A stretch of 63,920 nucleotides of DNA, the filler included, from Acetivibrio sp. (GTDB lineage: Bacteria; Bacillota; Clostridia; Acetivibrionales; Acetivibrionaceae), in NCBI RefSeq assembly GCF_035371925.1. It is 5 parts of 5 records of this genome, joined end to end, with 100 filler letters (N's around TTAATTAATTAA, not from the genome) between each part and the next. Parts side by side here need not be neighbours in the genome. Positions count along the whole stretch, not along the records: positions 1 to 14,153 come from NZ_DAORXT010000078.1; 4 more parts are not named here. One strand, 5' to 3'. Positions 1 to 10,024 of the stretch are shown piece by piece. The translations under genes and the position numbers were made by a program. The notes beneath the pieces were generated by a model. The model did no database searches. It was not told the DNA's origin and saw nothing but the letters and a program-made list of their open reading frames with translations. Numbering within the stretch: position 1 is the first letter of the stretch; each line of letters begins with the position of its first letter.

Positions 1-290
1 TATCCCAATAATTAACATTTAGCTGGTTTTCCAGTTACTTTTCGAGAATATTCAAAACTGCATACTGTTTAGGATTACTCTTGCGGTAATGAGCTGTCTT
101 TCGGCATTCCAAAACTATATCACCCTTTTGACTCACTTGCTTGGATATTGTCAATAGCATAAGCTTATTAAACGACCACTCTTTTTTTCTTGTAATATAT
201 ATTCGATGTATAAGTAAATTTTGGGGGGCATTTTTAAAAATAATATTTTTTTTGATTATAGGTATTATTACAAAATTGCTTTTTTCATTT

Positions 291-1613
291 TTATATTTTT
301 TCGCCGTTAAGGATTTTATAAAATCCGGGTGCGACTTGTCCAGTGCAAATTTTACAATTTTCCGGTAAAGTTTTCACTCTTTGCGGATACTGCTGAAATT
401 CACCATCTTCCATTTGATTGAAATAGATTTGCGAACAGCAATGTCCTATCGGTTCTTCAAAGGCCCTATACATCTTTTTCCACAATGCTTTTATTGGAGT
501 TTCGAAAACATTGCCGAAGTTAAAGGGTATATAATCGCATGGATACAAATTTCCATGACCGTCAATAAAAGAGTAATATCCGGCAGCACCGCATCCGAAC
601 ATTCCTTGAGATTCAAAGTATGAGCAAACGGATACTTTCGGCAAACTTGCATCCTTATTGCACAATATATGCAGCTCAATCAGTTCTCTTCGCTCATCAT
701 CAGTAAGTAATTCCTCCCGGTTTATTATCCCGCTTTTTCCAAAAGGCTTCGGTTCCATCAACCTTACTTCATCAACTCCGCTTTCTCCGAGAAACTTTAT
801 AAATTCCCTAATGTTTCCTTCCTTTAAAAGCTTCTTACTGCAAAAAGTCCTTGAAACCGTATAAAGCTCAGCCTTTTTTGAGTTCTCAATTGCATTTAAG
901 GCGTAGTGATAAGCACCATTAAAACCCATTATTTCATTATGTTCACTTTCACTCATCGATTGAATATCTATTACCGTTCCGTATAAGCCGGCTGATTTTA
1001 AATCTCTTGCTCTCTGAGACGTCAAGCCATATCCTGTGGAATATACATAAGACACACTTCTGTCATCAATTTTTTCAATGATTTGCTCAAGATCGTCTCT
1101 AAGTAGAGGCTCTCCGCCGGTAAGGCCAACAATCCCAACCCCCATATCCTGAATCTCATTTATCAAAGATATGAGGATTTCTTTTTCCATATCTTTAAAA
1201 AGATTCTTTTGCCCTTCAAAAGAACCGTTTCCATCATTTGAATCTCTGTTATTCGGGTATCTTGATGTAACATCAATATTCATCCAAACCGGAAATTTCC
1301 TTTTGCCCTTTGCAAGATTTTCAAAAACGTTGCCGCCGCTTCCCGGTATACCGTCGAACAGACTGTTAAAAGCCTTTGTATTTATTGGCGGAATAAAAGA
1401 ACTAATCACAAAAGTATTTTGATGCTGTAAAATCCTTTCATTCTTAAAAGCATTATGTATACTTCCAATAAAGTTCTTTAGTTTGTATTCCTTATTTTCA
1501 GACAAAACTTTGTGAATTTGCCAAGCTTTTTTTACAAGCGAAGGATTTACCGCCATTTTTACAAGTGTCACTATATTAATTATATTAATATTAATATCCA
1601 TAATCAAAGTCAT
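291..1613 (-). CDS. Radical SAM/SPASM-fold protein lacking the CxxxCxxC motif (start uncertain: 1613, 1601 or 1556)
   Basis: GLTGGEPLLRDDL, STGYGLT and SPASM-like CGAA...IDGHGNLYPCDY..FGNV are present; the cluster-motif position reads VTSRYPNNRDSN. Confidence 0.75.
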   Translation of the reverse strand: MTLIMDININIINIVTLVKMAVNPSLVKKAWQIHKVLSENKEYKLKNFIGSIHNAFKNERILQHQNTFVISSFIPPINTKAFNSLFDGIPGSGGNVFENLAKGKRKFPVWMNIDVTSRYPNNRDSNDGNGSFEGQKNLFKDMEKEILISLINEIQDMGVGIVGLTGGEPLLRDDLEQIIEKIDDRSVSYVYSTGYGLTSQRARDLKSAGLYGTVIDIQSMSESEHNEIMGFNGAYHYALNAIENSKKAELYTVSRTFCSKKLLKEGNIREFIKFLGESGVDEVRLMEPKPFGKSGIINREELLTDDERRELIELHILCNKDASLPKVSVCSYFESQGMFGCGAAGYYSFIDGHGNLYPCDYIPFNFGNVFETPIKALWKKMYRAFEEPIGHCCSQIYFNQMEDGEFQQYPQRVKTLPENCKICTGQVAPGFYKILNGEKI

Positions 1614-1731
1614 CCCTTATATAAAATAAGTTAAAACAGTCCAAATGTTTTTACAATTATATTCTATCAAAACATTCCGTATTTTCAAACTGATAATATC
1701 CCTCATGCTGTTTTTAAAGAAATTTACCCAT

Positions 1732-1769
1732 AAAAAAACTGCCTCTAATTTGCTTCGAGGCAGTTTTTT
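1732..1769. terminator. Bidirectional intrinsic terminator
   Basis: AAAAAAACTGCCTC...GAGGCAGTTTTTT inverted repeat downstream of the VWA gene. Confidence 0.8.
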
Positions 1770-1804
1770 CACGTCAATTGATTTTTACATTAATTGTTTC
1801 CTAA

Positions 1805-3418
1805 TTAATCAATGCTTTTTGCTTTCTCGACGAGCTTCACAAATTCATTTCTGTATCCATTGTCATCTCTGTCGGCATATTGCCTTGCAACCTCAAGAAC
1901 ATGGCTGTAGGAAGAATTGCCTTTATATTTCGACTCTCTAAGAATTAGACCGAATTCTGCAACAGCTGCTGCAAACTCAAGATTTTCCGATGCCATTACC
2001 TCATCCTCTTCTGTCACAGTCTTAGAAAGCAGTTTGCTTGTAATGGATTTGGGGTTTTTATACCTTATTTTTACTGTAGCAACTTCATCGCTGTCTATAA
2101 GTTGAGATTTCTGATATTTGAGCTCGTCAACCCCTGGGACCTCAAAATCCGAATCCGCCGGAACAATCTCATAGAGTGCGGTTACCGAATGCCCTGCACC
2201 AATTTCTCCGGCATCTACCGAATCATCGTTAAAATCTTCGTCTCTCAAGAGCCTGTTTTCATATCCGATCAACCTGTAGGCCTTTATCTTTGCAGGGTTA
2301 AACTCCACCTGTATTTTTACATCCTTTGCAACGGTGTTTAAAGTTGCACCCATTTCATTTACAAGGACTTTCCTGGCTTCTGCAATATCATCTATATAAG
2401 CATAGTTACCGTTACCTTTGTCTGCAAGGCTTTCCATCTTTGAATCTTTGTAATTGCCGGTTCCGAAACCGAGCACCGTAAGGAATATGCCTTCATTTCT
2501 TTTTTTCTCAATCAACCTGACAAGCTCAGCCTCACTGCTAACGCCGACATTAAAATCGCCGTCAGTAGCGAGAATAACACGATTGTTGCCCGACTCGATA
2601 AAGTTTTTCTTTGCTATTTCATAAGCAAGTTTTATTCCTTCGGCACCAGCTGTTGAGCCCCCTGCTTCCAACTGCATCAAGGCATCAAGTATCTTATCCT
2701 TTTCATTTCCGGAAGTTGAATCCAAAACCAAGCCTGCCGCACCTGCATAAACCACAATCGACACCCTGTCATTCTCGCCCAGTTCGTCTACAAGAAGCTT
2801 AAAAGCCGATTTTAAAAGGGGAAGCTTGTTAGGTGCATTCATTGAGCCCGAAACATCTAATAGAAAAACCAGATTGTTTGGAGGAAGCTCCTCTGTGGAA
2901 AGTTTCTTGGTCTGAAGCCCCACAAGCATAAGTTTGCTTTCGGGGTTCCACGGGCACTGTCCGATCTCAGTTGTCACGCTAAAAGGATCGTCTCCGTCGG
3001 GCTCAGGATAGTCATATGTGAAGTAGTTTATCATTTCTTCAATTCTTACGGCATCTATAGGCGGCTTTTGCGAAGAATTGAGAAAGCGTCTTATATTGCT
3101 GTAGGATGCCGTATCCACATCCACAGAAAATGTTGACAGAGGATTGTTATATGTATCAAGGAATATATTCTCGTTAATAGCATTGTAGTCCTCGGTATTA
3201 TATTGGCTCGGATCAATATCACCATCTATTTCCCCATCATACTGAAAACCCATGGTTCTCGAATTGTCAAGATTGTAGTTTGAATCCATCGCCGTCAAAT
3301 TGCCATACTCTTTTAGCGATGCCCCGCCGCAGGAAGAAAGCAAGGCAGCCATCAAAATAAAGCAAACCAAAATCCACACGACATTTTTTGTGTATTTTGT
3401 AATAATGTTTATTTTCAT
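1805..3418 (-). CDS. VWA-domain lipoprotein, YfbK-like (vWF_A, VWA, DUF3520)
   Basis: Lipobox LSSC; STFSVDVDTASY; MIDAS motif DVSGS; ATDGDFNVG; C-terminal FAAAVAEFG. Confidence 0.88.
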   Translation of the reverse strand: MKINIITKYTKNVVWILVCFILMAALLSSCGGASLKEYGNLTAMDSNYNLDNSRTMGFQYDGEIDGDIDPSQYNTEDYNAINENIFLDTYNNPLSTFSVDVDTASYSNIRRFLNSSQKPPIDAVRIEEMINYFTYDYPEPDGDDPFSVTTEIGQCPWNPESKLMLVGLQTKKLSTEELPPNNLVFLLDVSGSMNAPNKLPLLKSAFKLLVDELGENDRVSIVVYAGAAGLVLDSTSGNEKDKILDALMQLEAGGSTAGAEGIKLAYEIAKKNFIESGNNRVILATDGDFNVGVSSEAELVRLIEKKRNEGIFLTVLGFGTGNYKDSKMESLADKGNGNYAYIDDIAEARKVLVNEMGATLNTVAKDVKIQVEFNPAKIKAYRLIGYENRLLRDEDFNDDSVDAGEIGAGHSVTALYEIVPADSDFEVPGVDELKYQKSQLIDSDEVATVKIRYKNPKSITSKLLSKTVTEEDEVMASENLEFAAAVAEFGLILRESKYKGNSSYSHVLEVARQYADRDDNGYRNEFVKLVEKAKSID

Positions 3419-3487
3419 ATAATTCCCTCCGTTTTTTTGTGTTTTTTGTATTAGACGGAGTTCCTTATTTTTGGTTCCATATTTTAT

Positions 3488-4300
3488 TTATAATTTATTT
3501 TTTTCAATCCAATCGACTACATAACCGGCTGCATGACTGTCATGGTGAACGCAAACACAGTCACAAGCTTCTATCAGCTCGGGATGTGCATTTTCAACAG
3601 CAAACCCTGTTCCCGATGTTTCTATCATTTCTATGTCATTTTGATTGTCACCAATGGAAATTACTTTACTTTTTTCAATTCCCATCATCTTTGCAAGCTC
3701 TATCAAAGCCCTCCCTTTTGAAGTTTCTTGGTCAAGAATCTCTAAAAACTGCTTCTCCGAATACACTGTTCTAAATCCTTCCGCCCTTGGCTTTAAAAAA
3801 TCCTCAACCTCGGGAAGCCTCTGGGGATTAGCCGTAAGTATGACCTTGTAAAATTTTTCGGGTATTTCATCCCGAGAAATCAGTATAGGGTTAAAGCCTT
3901 CCTTTTTCCTGTGCTTTTCGGTCTCTTCATTTTCCCGCAGCAAATAAACATTGTCTCCCCCCGGGAATATTTCAATTCCTAAATAAGGGAATTTGTCCAA
4001 AACCTCTTTTAATAATCCTCTTATGTCCTCTCTAAAGCCGCAGGTCCAGAGATTCTTTTCATTATCAAAATCATATATAAGTGCACCATTATATAAAATC
4101 ACAGGAGCATTTACCGGCAAAACCTTCAAGTATTCTCTTACTCCAAGCTCCATTCTGCCCGTGGCAATAGTAAATACTCCTCCGTTGTCTACAAAATAAG
4201 AAATAGCCTTTATATTCTCTTCACTTATTTCAAACCTGCTGTTTAGCAAAGTCCCATCCAAATCACTGACAAGCATTAATCCTTTAAATTTTCTCTCCAT
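3488..4300 (-). CDS. Cof-type HAD-IIB hydrolase
   Basis: DLDGTLL, ATGR, GDNQND motifs; start chosen from RBS spacing. Confidence 0.9.
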   Translation of the reverse strand: MERKFKGLMLVSDLDGTLLNSRFEISEENIKAISYFVDNGGVFTIATGRMELGVREYLKVLPVNAPVILYNGALIYDFDNEKNLWTCGFREDIRGLLKEVLDKFPYLGIEIFPGGDNVYLLRENEETEKHRKKEGFNPILISRDEIPEKFYKVILTANPQRLPEVEDFLKPRAEGFRTVYSEKQFLEILDQETSKGRALIELAKMMGIEKSKVISIGDNQNDIEMIETSGTGFAVENAHPELIEACDCVCVHHDSHAAGYVVDWIEKNKL

Positions 4301-4327
4301 TACCAAACTATCCCTTCACATTCAATC

Positions 4328-4987
4328 CTATTCTCTATTAATAAGTTCACCGATTTTTTGTGCAGCGTCTCTTAAATCCCGGGCAATATAATTTACAAAG
4401 CTAAAGTCCTGCTTGTCGGTATACACCGACGGTACGGCAATTGTATAGCATCCTGCCTTTACCGCCGCAAGAGCACCGTTGCTTGAATCCTCAAGAACAA
4501 TACACTCAGACGGCAGGACCTGAAGCCTCATTGCCGCAATATTATAAACTTCAGGGTCAGGTTTCCCTTTTTGAACTTCATCCGATGTTACAAAAATATC
4601 GAAATAACCTCCTATATTAAGTTTATCCAGCACTATTTTAAGAAATTTACTCGGAGAACCTGTAGCAATACCCATCTTCAGCTTTCCCTTGAGGCTGTTT
4701 AAAATATCGGAAAGCCCCGGCATTGCTTCAACCTCATTTACAAGCTTTTTAACAAACAAATTGTCCCTTATGCCCAGCAGTTCCTCGGGGGAAATATCAA
4801 GCCCCAGATCCTCTGCAAAAACAGTTATAGCTTCTATAGGCTTTCTCCCCATCATCTTCCACAGAGTTTCATCTTTAACTTCTTTTCCAAAATCTCGGGC
4901 TATTACCCTTTCTACTTCAAAATACAGGCGTTCCGTATCAATCATAAGCCCGTCCATATCAAATACAACCGCTTTAAATCTTTCCAA
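4328..4987 (-). CDS. HAD-IA family phosphatase (beta-PGM-like)
   Basis: FDMDGLMID, KGKPDPE, EDSSNG motifs; TTG start after GGTGG RBS. Confidence 0.88.
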   Translation of the reverse strand: MERFKAVVFDMDGLMIDTERLYFEVERVIARDFGKEVKDETLWKMMGRKPIEAITVFAEDLGLDISPEELLGIRDNLFVKKLVNEVEAMPGLSDILNSLKGKLKMGIATGSPSKFLKIVLDKLNIGGYFDIFVTSDEVQKGKPDPEVYNIAAMRLQVLPSECIVLEDSSNGALAAVKAGCYTIAVPSVYTDKQDFSFVNYIARDLRDAAQKIGELINRE

Positions 4988-5121
4988 AATAAAACACACC
5001 ACCCATTTTATAAAACAATAATTAAAATTGTACAATTGCACATCAAAATACTTTGTCTTTTCCCGAACGCGTATATATAATAATAATAGTATACAACAAT
5101 AATTTCAAGGGAATGATGCAA

Positions 5122-5877
5122 ATGCCGAAGAAAAGATTTTCAAAAAAGTACGAGGTACATTACTACGAAATCAATTCTATGCAGGAAGCAACTCTTTTGT
5201 CCCTGCTAAACTATCTGGAAGACTGTGCAATATCCCACTCTGCTTCTGCAGGATACGGAGTCAACGAGTTAATGGCTGCCGATTCAGGCTGGGTATTAAA
5301 CCGCTGGTCGATTAAAATAGACAGGCTTCCAAAGCTTGGAGAAACAATTAATGTGGAGACATGGGCCTCTTCTTTCGAACGTTTCTACGGCTACAGAGAA
5401 TTTCTCGTAACGGATGGCAGTGATAAAATCATTTTAAAGGCATCATCCGTATGGATATATTTCAATATTAAAAAAAGAAGACCCATGAGAATCCCTGCCG
5501 AAATGGGAGATGCTTACGGTATAGATGAAGAAAGAGCTTTGGAGCAGCCCTTTACAGACCTTGATTTTGATTTTGAGCCCGATATTTTAGAGGAATTTTC
5601 CGTAAAGAGGAGCGATATTGATACAAACAATCACGTCAATAACAAGAAATATATCGACTGGATTATGGAAACCATACCTCAGGAAATATACGACAACTTC
5701 AAGGCAGCATCTCTCCAGATTATTTATAAAAAAGAAGCTTCCTTAGGCTCGGTCATAAAATCCGGATGCATAATCGACCGGGAGCATAACGAGTCACCTC
5801 GGCTTTTTCACAAGATTTGGGATAAAAATACCGGCGTGGAGCTGGCATCGGCAGAAACAATCTGGAATAAGATATAG
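5122..5877 (+). CDS. Acyl-ACP thioesterase (FatA/FatB-like)
   Basis: Double hot-dog signature with DIDTNNHVNN and YKKE; start chosen from RBS spacing. Confidence 0.88.
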   Translation: MPKKRFSKKYEVHYYEINSMQEATLLSLLNYLEDCAISHSASAGYGVNELMAADSGWVLNRWSIKIDRLPKLGETINVETWASSFERFYGYREFLVTDGSDKIILKASSVWIYFNIKKRRPMRIPAEMGDAYGIDEERALEQPFTDLDFDFEPDILEEFSVKRSDIDTNNHVNNKKYIDWIMETIPQEIYDNFKAASLQIIYKKEASLGSVIKSGCIIDREHNESPRLFHKIWDKNTGVELASAETIWNKI

Positions 5878-5928
5878 TCATATATAAATCTGCCGGCATT
5901 TACATGAGCTTTGAGATGCTAATAATAA

Positions 5929-5958
5929 GGGCTGAGTACAAGCCCTTGTACTCAACCC
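5929..5958. terminator. Stem-loop between convergent genes
   Basis: GGGCTGAGTACAA...TTGTACTCAACCC inverted repeat. Confidence 0.7.
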
Positions 5959-5993
5959 GATTTCTTGTTTTTTGCTTATTATTTTGCTTTCCG

Positions 5994-6170
5994 TTATCCT
6001 TGAACACTTGGAGTAAATGTTGCACAGTCTGTTTCTTGAGAATCCAGTGCATTTTTGGGCTGAACTTCAATTTTTTCCGCGGCACAATGGTCGCCGCTCA
6101 TATAATAATGGCATGTGTTTACAACGCACTTTATACCTTCGTTTGGGCGGTTCATTTTCTGAACTTTCAT
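5994..6170 (-). CDS. DUF1540-like small Cys-rich protein, 58 aa (absent from the ORF track)
   Basis: Translation MKVQKMNRPNEGIKCVVNTCHYYMSGDHCAAEKIEVQPKNALDSQETDCATFTPSVQG; GGGAGG RBS; C-x4-C-x8-C and TDCATF pattern. Confidence 0.85.
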   Translation of the reverse strand: MKVQKMNRPNEGIKCVVNTCHYYMSGDHCAAEKIEVQPKNALDSQETDCATFTPSVQG

Positions 6171-6385
6171 AATGCATCCTCCCGAATTTGTATTAGTGAA
6201 CTACAATATTATTTTTAAAAGAATACCGTCTTTTAATACATCCATTAATATGAAAAGCAAAGTAAAATATTATAATATAATCTGTAAGAATTCACGCATA
6301 AAAAACACAGAGTATCTTTCAATTAAAAGACATTCTGTGCCATAGGCTATATTTTTCAAATTTTGAAATTAAAAACAGTAAAATA

Positions 6386-6976
6386 TCAAGCAGTGGCAAA
6401 GGTATTCAATTTTGAATTCCTCTGAGGTTCCAACTGCTGTTTGTACAAAACATACTTTATCGCATTGCTGGTTATCTCAGCCATCTTATAAACCAATCCG
6501 AGACTCGTATTCTGGAGCATTACATGAGGCGCAAATCCTCCAAATGCTACAATACCGGACAACGATATATCACCGACAGGGGGCAAATCCTTGCCCACTC
6601 CGCTTCCGGGTTTTATCGGCTCATTGCAAAGTCCGATGTGTCCGATATGTTCGATATTTCCTATAGATGCATCAACGGCAATAACAAGGGTATTCGAAGT
6701 GTCGATTTTATCCACTGTTTCCTTCAGGTTTAAAGCATGGACAGGCTCAATAATTGTACCGTAAACATCAAAATCGTATATTTTGCACTTTGAAAGCATG
6801 AAGCCCACCAACGGTCCAAAGCTGTCCCCCGTGGAACGGTCCGTACCTATACCTACAACTGCAATTCTTTCGTATCGTTTGTCAATGTTTTTAACCATGT
6901 TGTAAATTTCATGATTCAACTTGTACTGGCACAATTTCTCTTCTGCGCTAAAATATAGCTTCTTAGATTTTAACAT
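6386..6976 (-). CDS. yyaC: Spore protease-like protein YyaC
   Basis: IGTDRSTGDSFGPLVG, PVHALNL, DASIG, KPGSGVGKDLPPVGD. Confidence 0.9.
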   Translation of the reverse strand: MLKSKKLYFSAEEKLCQYKLNHEIYNMVKNIDKRYERIAVVGIGTDRSTGDSFGPLVGFMLSKCKIYDFDVYGTIIEPVHALNLKETVDKIDTSNTLVIAVDASIGNIEHIGHIGLCNEPIKPGSGVGKDLPPVGDISLSGIVAFGGFAPHVMLQNTSLGLVYKMAEITSNAIKYVLYKQQLEPQRNSKLNTFATA

Positions 6977-7107
6977 ATTACCTACTCCCCTAAGAAAAAT
7001 ACAATAATTTTAAATAAAATCTTATTAATCTCTCTTATTTTTAGTTTACAAGTACATTATACAACAAATCGGACTTGCAAAAAAGTGCAAAAAATTCGCA
7101 TTTTCTT

Positions 7108-7800
7108 TCACGTCCTTAATCTGTAGCCTGCTCCCCAAACAGTTTCAATATACTGGGGGTTTGAAGGCTCCGGCTCAATTTTCTCCCTGATTCTTCCAAT
7201 ATGTACGGTAACCGTTGCAGCATCCCCCAAGGAATCCACTCCCCATATCCTGTCAAAAAGCTCTTCCCTTGAAAAGACCCTGTTGGGATTCTGGGCCAAA
7301 AACAATAGGATATCAAATTCTTTCTGTGCCAGGTTTACTTCCTTTCCGTTTACAAATACCCTTCTTGAATCCTTTTGAATTTCAAGTCCCCTTATCGTAA
7401 TGGAAGCCGAATTATTATTTCCAAATTTATTTTTGAGTCTTTCATATTTTGCTATGTGAGCATTTACCCTTGCCACCAGCTCTCCCGGACTGAAGGGCTT
7501 GGTAATATAATCATCGGCCCCAAGCTTCAAGCCGCGGATTTTATCAAATTCCTCCTTCTTTGCGGACACAATAAGCACAGGAATATCCTTTTCATCACGA
7601 ATTCTTTTCAATATTTCATATCCGTTCATTCCGGGCAGCATAATGTCAAGAATCAGAAGGTCATACTCTCCATGTTGAATACACTTTAAGCCATCAACAC
7701 CATCCGTGCATATGTCCACAGAAAATCCGTTAATTTCAAGATAATCCCGTAAAAGCTCCCCTATGCTTTCATCATCTTCAACGATAAGAATCTTTCTCAT
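7108..7800 (-). CDS. OmpR-family response regulator
   Basis: LLILDIMLPG receiver, KPF, winged-helix IETVWGAGY. Confidence 0.95.
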   Translation of the reverse strand: MRKILIVEDDESIGELLRDYLEINGFSVDICTDGVDGLKCIQHGEYDLLILDIMLPGMNGYEILKRIRDEKDIPVLIVSAKKEEFDKIRGLKLGADDYITKPFSPGELVARVNAHIAKYERLKNKFGNNNSASITIRGLEIQKDSRRVFVNGKEVNLAQKEFDILLFLAQNPNRVFSREELFDRIWGVDSLGDAATVTVHIGRIREKIEPEPSNPQYIETVWGAGYRLRT

Positions 7801-7815
7801 AAATTCTTGCCTCCT

Positions 7816-9255
7816 TCAGTCCACATATTTTTTGAGAGAAATCATCACACTTGTCCCTTCGCCTTTACGGCTGACTGCCCATATTTTTCCCCCATGCCCT
7901 TCTATTATCTGTTTGGCAATAGCAAGTCCCAGTCCGCTGCCTTTTTTAGTATCCCTTGCGGAATCGGCTCGGTAAAATCTATCAAAAATATAAGGCAAAT
8001 CGCTTTCACTTATTCCCGACCCGTTGTCTTTTAACTCTATTACCACATTTGACGTTGCCTCCCTCAAAAAGATATCTATTTTTCCATCGTCCTTGTCCAT
8101 ATACTTTCTCGAATTATCAATTATATTTATCACCACTCTTCGTACCTGATCCCTGTCTATCATTATATAGCGCTTTCCTCTCATGTCGTTGTGAAGCTCA
8201 AGCTTAATATTAGATTTCTCAAGCTCAATATCTATTTCATATATGCAATCTTCGAAGTACTTTAACACATCAGTCTTTTCAAGGTTAAACGAAACCTTAT
8301 TCATATCGAGTCTTGAATACAAAAGAAGGTCATCAATCATTCTGTCCATATGAACTGCTTTGGAATGAACCGTCTTTAAGTATTTTTCAACCTTCCCGGG
8401 AGTATTGGCTACTCCGTCCAAGATACCCTCAACATACCCTTTTATTGATGTTATAGGAGTCTTTAGGTCATGGGATATACTTGAGAAAAGCATTTTTCTG
8501 CTTTCGTCATATTTTTTCTGTGTGTAGTTTGCCTCCACAAGCTTAAGTCTCATTTTCTCAAAAGAATGGCACAGCTCCCTTATTTGGGCATCCCCATCCT
8601 CAATGATTTCAAAATCAAGGTCGCCTTCACTTATCTTACCCGCAGCGGTTTGAAGCTTTCCTAAAGGAGTTATGACTTTTTTTGAAAAAGTGATAATAAT
8701 AACCACATTGGTTATTATAAAGCTGATAACAAACATCAAAATTGAAAATATGAATAATTTTTCCGTTGTCATCCAATCATTTATGGCCGGCGCAAGCAAA
8801 ACAACTTTTCCGTTCTCGCCGCTCTTAAAGCTTACAGGTATTGTTTTTACCATATAGGTTTTGCCCTTAATTTCAACAATATTCTTAAACAGGTTATCGC
8901 CTGTCTTTTCAAGACACCTTTCCAACTCAATAATGCTGAGCACTCTCGTTTCAAAAATCCTCTCCTGTCCCTTTAGCACCACTATATCGGCCTCTATGCT
9001 GTCAAGTCTTGATGTAATATACTGCTGAAAATCTTTTTCCAAAATTACTTCCGGGGAATTTTTAAGTACGCTTCCGTCTGCTTTAAAAAACTCGTATTGT
9101 ATCTGCGTAAGCTTTTTTACATTATTATAGTTGATATCAACATCATGTATTCTTCCGAAAATAAACATAAAAATAAAAGATGCTACAAATGTTATCACAA
9201 AAGGGATAACAATAATTGCAGCATTCGAAAAAATAAGACGTTTTTTTAAATCCAT
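7816..9255 (-). CDS. HAMP-domain sensor histidine kinase
   Basis: Two TM segments, HAMP, SHDLKTP H-box, NIIDNS, DNGSGI, GSGLGL; start from AAGGTG RBS. Confidence 0.93.
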   Translation of the reverse strand: MDLKKRLIFSNAAIIVIPFVITFVASFIFMFIFGRIHDVDINYNNVKKLTQIQYEFFKADGSVLKNSPEVILEKDFQQYITSRLDSIEADIVVLKGQERIFETRVLSIIELERCLEKTGDNLFKNIVEIKGKTYMVKTIPVSFKSGENGKVVLLAPAINDWMTTEKLFIFSILMFVISFIITNVVIIITFSKKVITPLGKLQTAAGKISEGDLDFEIIEDGDAQIRELCHSFEKMRLKLVEANYTQKKYDESRKMLFSSISHDLKTPITSIKGYVEGILDGVANTPGKVEKYLKTVHSKAVHMDRMIDDLLLYSRLDMNKVSFNLEKTDVLKYFEDCIYEIDIELEKSNIKLELHNDMRGKRYIMIDRDQVRRVVINIIDNSRKYMDKDDGKIDIFLREATSNVVIELKDNGSGISESDLPYIFDRFYRADSARDTKKGSGLGLAIAKQIIEGHGGKIWAVSRKGEGTSVMISLKKYVD

Positions 9256-9271
9256 GTCCCATTTCACCTTT

Positions 9272-10024
9272 TTACAAGTCTTTTTTATCAAACAAATAAT
9301 ATCCCGCTGTATAAAACATTATAACATAGCCTGCCATAATAAGAAACTCTCTCATAAGCTTGCCCAACGGTATGATATCAACATTCCACAAAACATACCA
9401 ATCGAACATCGATGTTATAAAAAAGTTTGTGTACCTCGGAAATACCAGTGAAAGCGCATTAAAAGCTATGAACAGAATAATCGATAAAAAGAACACTGTT
9501 GTTCCGCTTTTTAATACATTCGATAAAAACACAACAATAAGGGCAAAGCCCATTACAGGTATCAACGTAACAATATAGGACAAAATTATTCGAAAAACTC
9601 CGGACACGGATAACGATACAGCGTTGAAAACAACGCCCACTGCCAAAGACAAAAGCATCACCATTACCAGATTTGCAAGAACAAAAAAGGCAACAGCGCA
9701 GATTTTGGCCGTATACAGCTTCATCCTTGAAACCGGTCTGGTTAATGTGATTTTCATCGTATTGTGAGAGAACTCACCGGAAAACACATCTATCGCAACA
9801 AGTGTCGTAAATAACGGCAATATGGTATTAACCAGCAGTGACAGCACCAGAATCGGAAACTGAGTACTGCTGGCAGCTATCAACCCAAACCCCTTGTTTA
9901 TTCCCATAACCACCAGCTGTCCCATAACTATGGCAAGGAGTGACAGTATAGCTGCTACAACAACCTTCTTTTTTCTGTATATTTTCTCTACTTCATTTAT
10001 AAATGCGGCCTTAAACGTTGCCAT
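9272..10024 (-). CDS. ABC-2 type permease (peptide-antibiotic resistance/immunity-like)
   Basis: Six hydrophobic segments, GEFSHNTMKITLTRPVSR motif; overlaps the ATPase gene. Confidence 0.85.
   Translation of the reverse strand: MATFKAAFINEVEKIYRKKKVVVAAILSLLAIVMGQLVVMGINKGFGLIAASSTQFPILVLSLLVNTILPLFTTLVAIDVFSGEFSHNTMKITLTRPVSRMKLYTAKICAVAFFVLANLVMVMLLSLAVGVVFNAVSLSVSGVFRIILSYIVTLIPVMGFALIVVFLSNVLKSGTTVFFLSIILFIAFNALSLVFPRYTNFFITSMFDWYVLWNVDIIPLGKLMREFLIMAGYVIMFYTAGYYLFDKKDL

Noticed and set aside
1..290. Possible 41-codon minus-strand ORF (MLLTISKQ...) at the window start
   Set aside because: Weak RBS, no recognisable motif, and too short to support.
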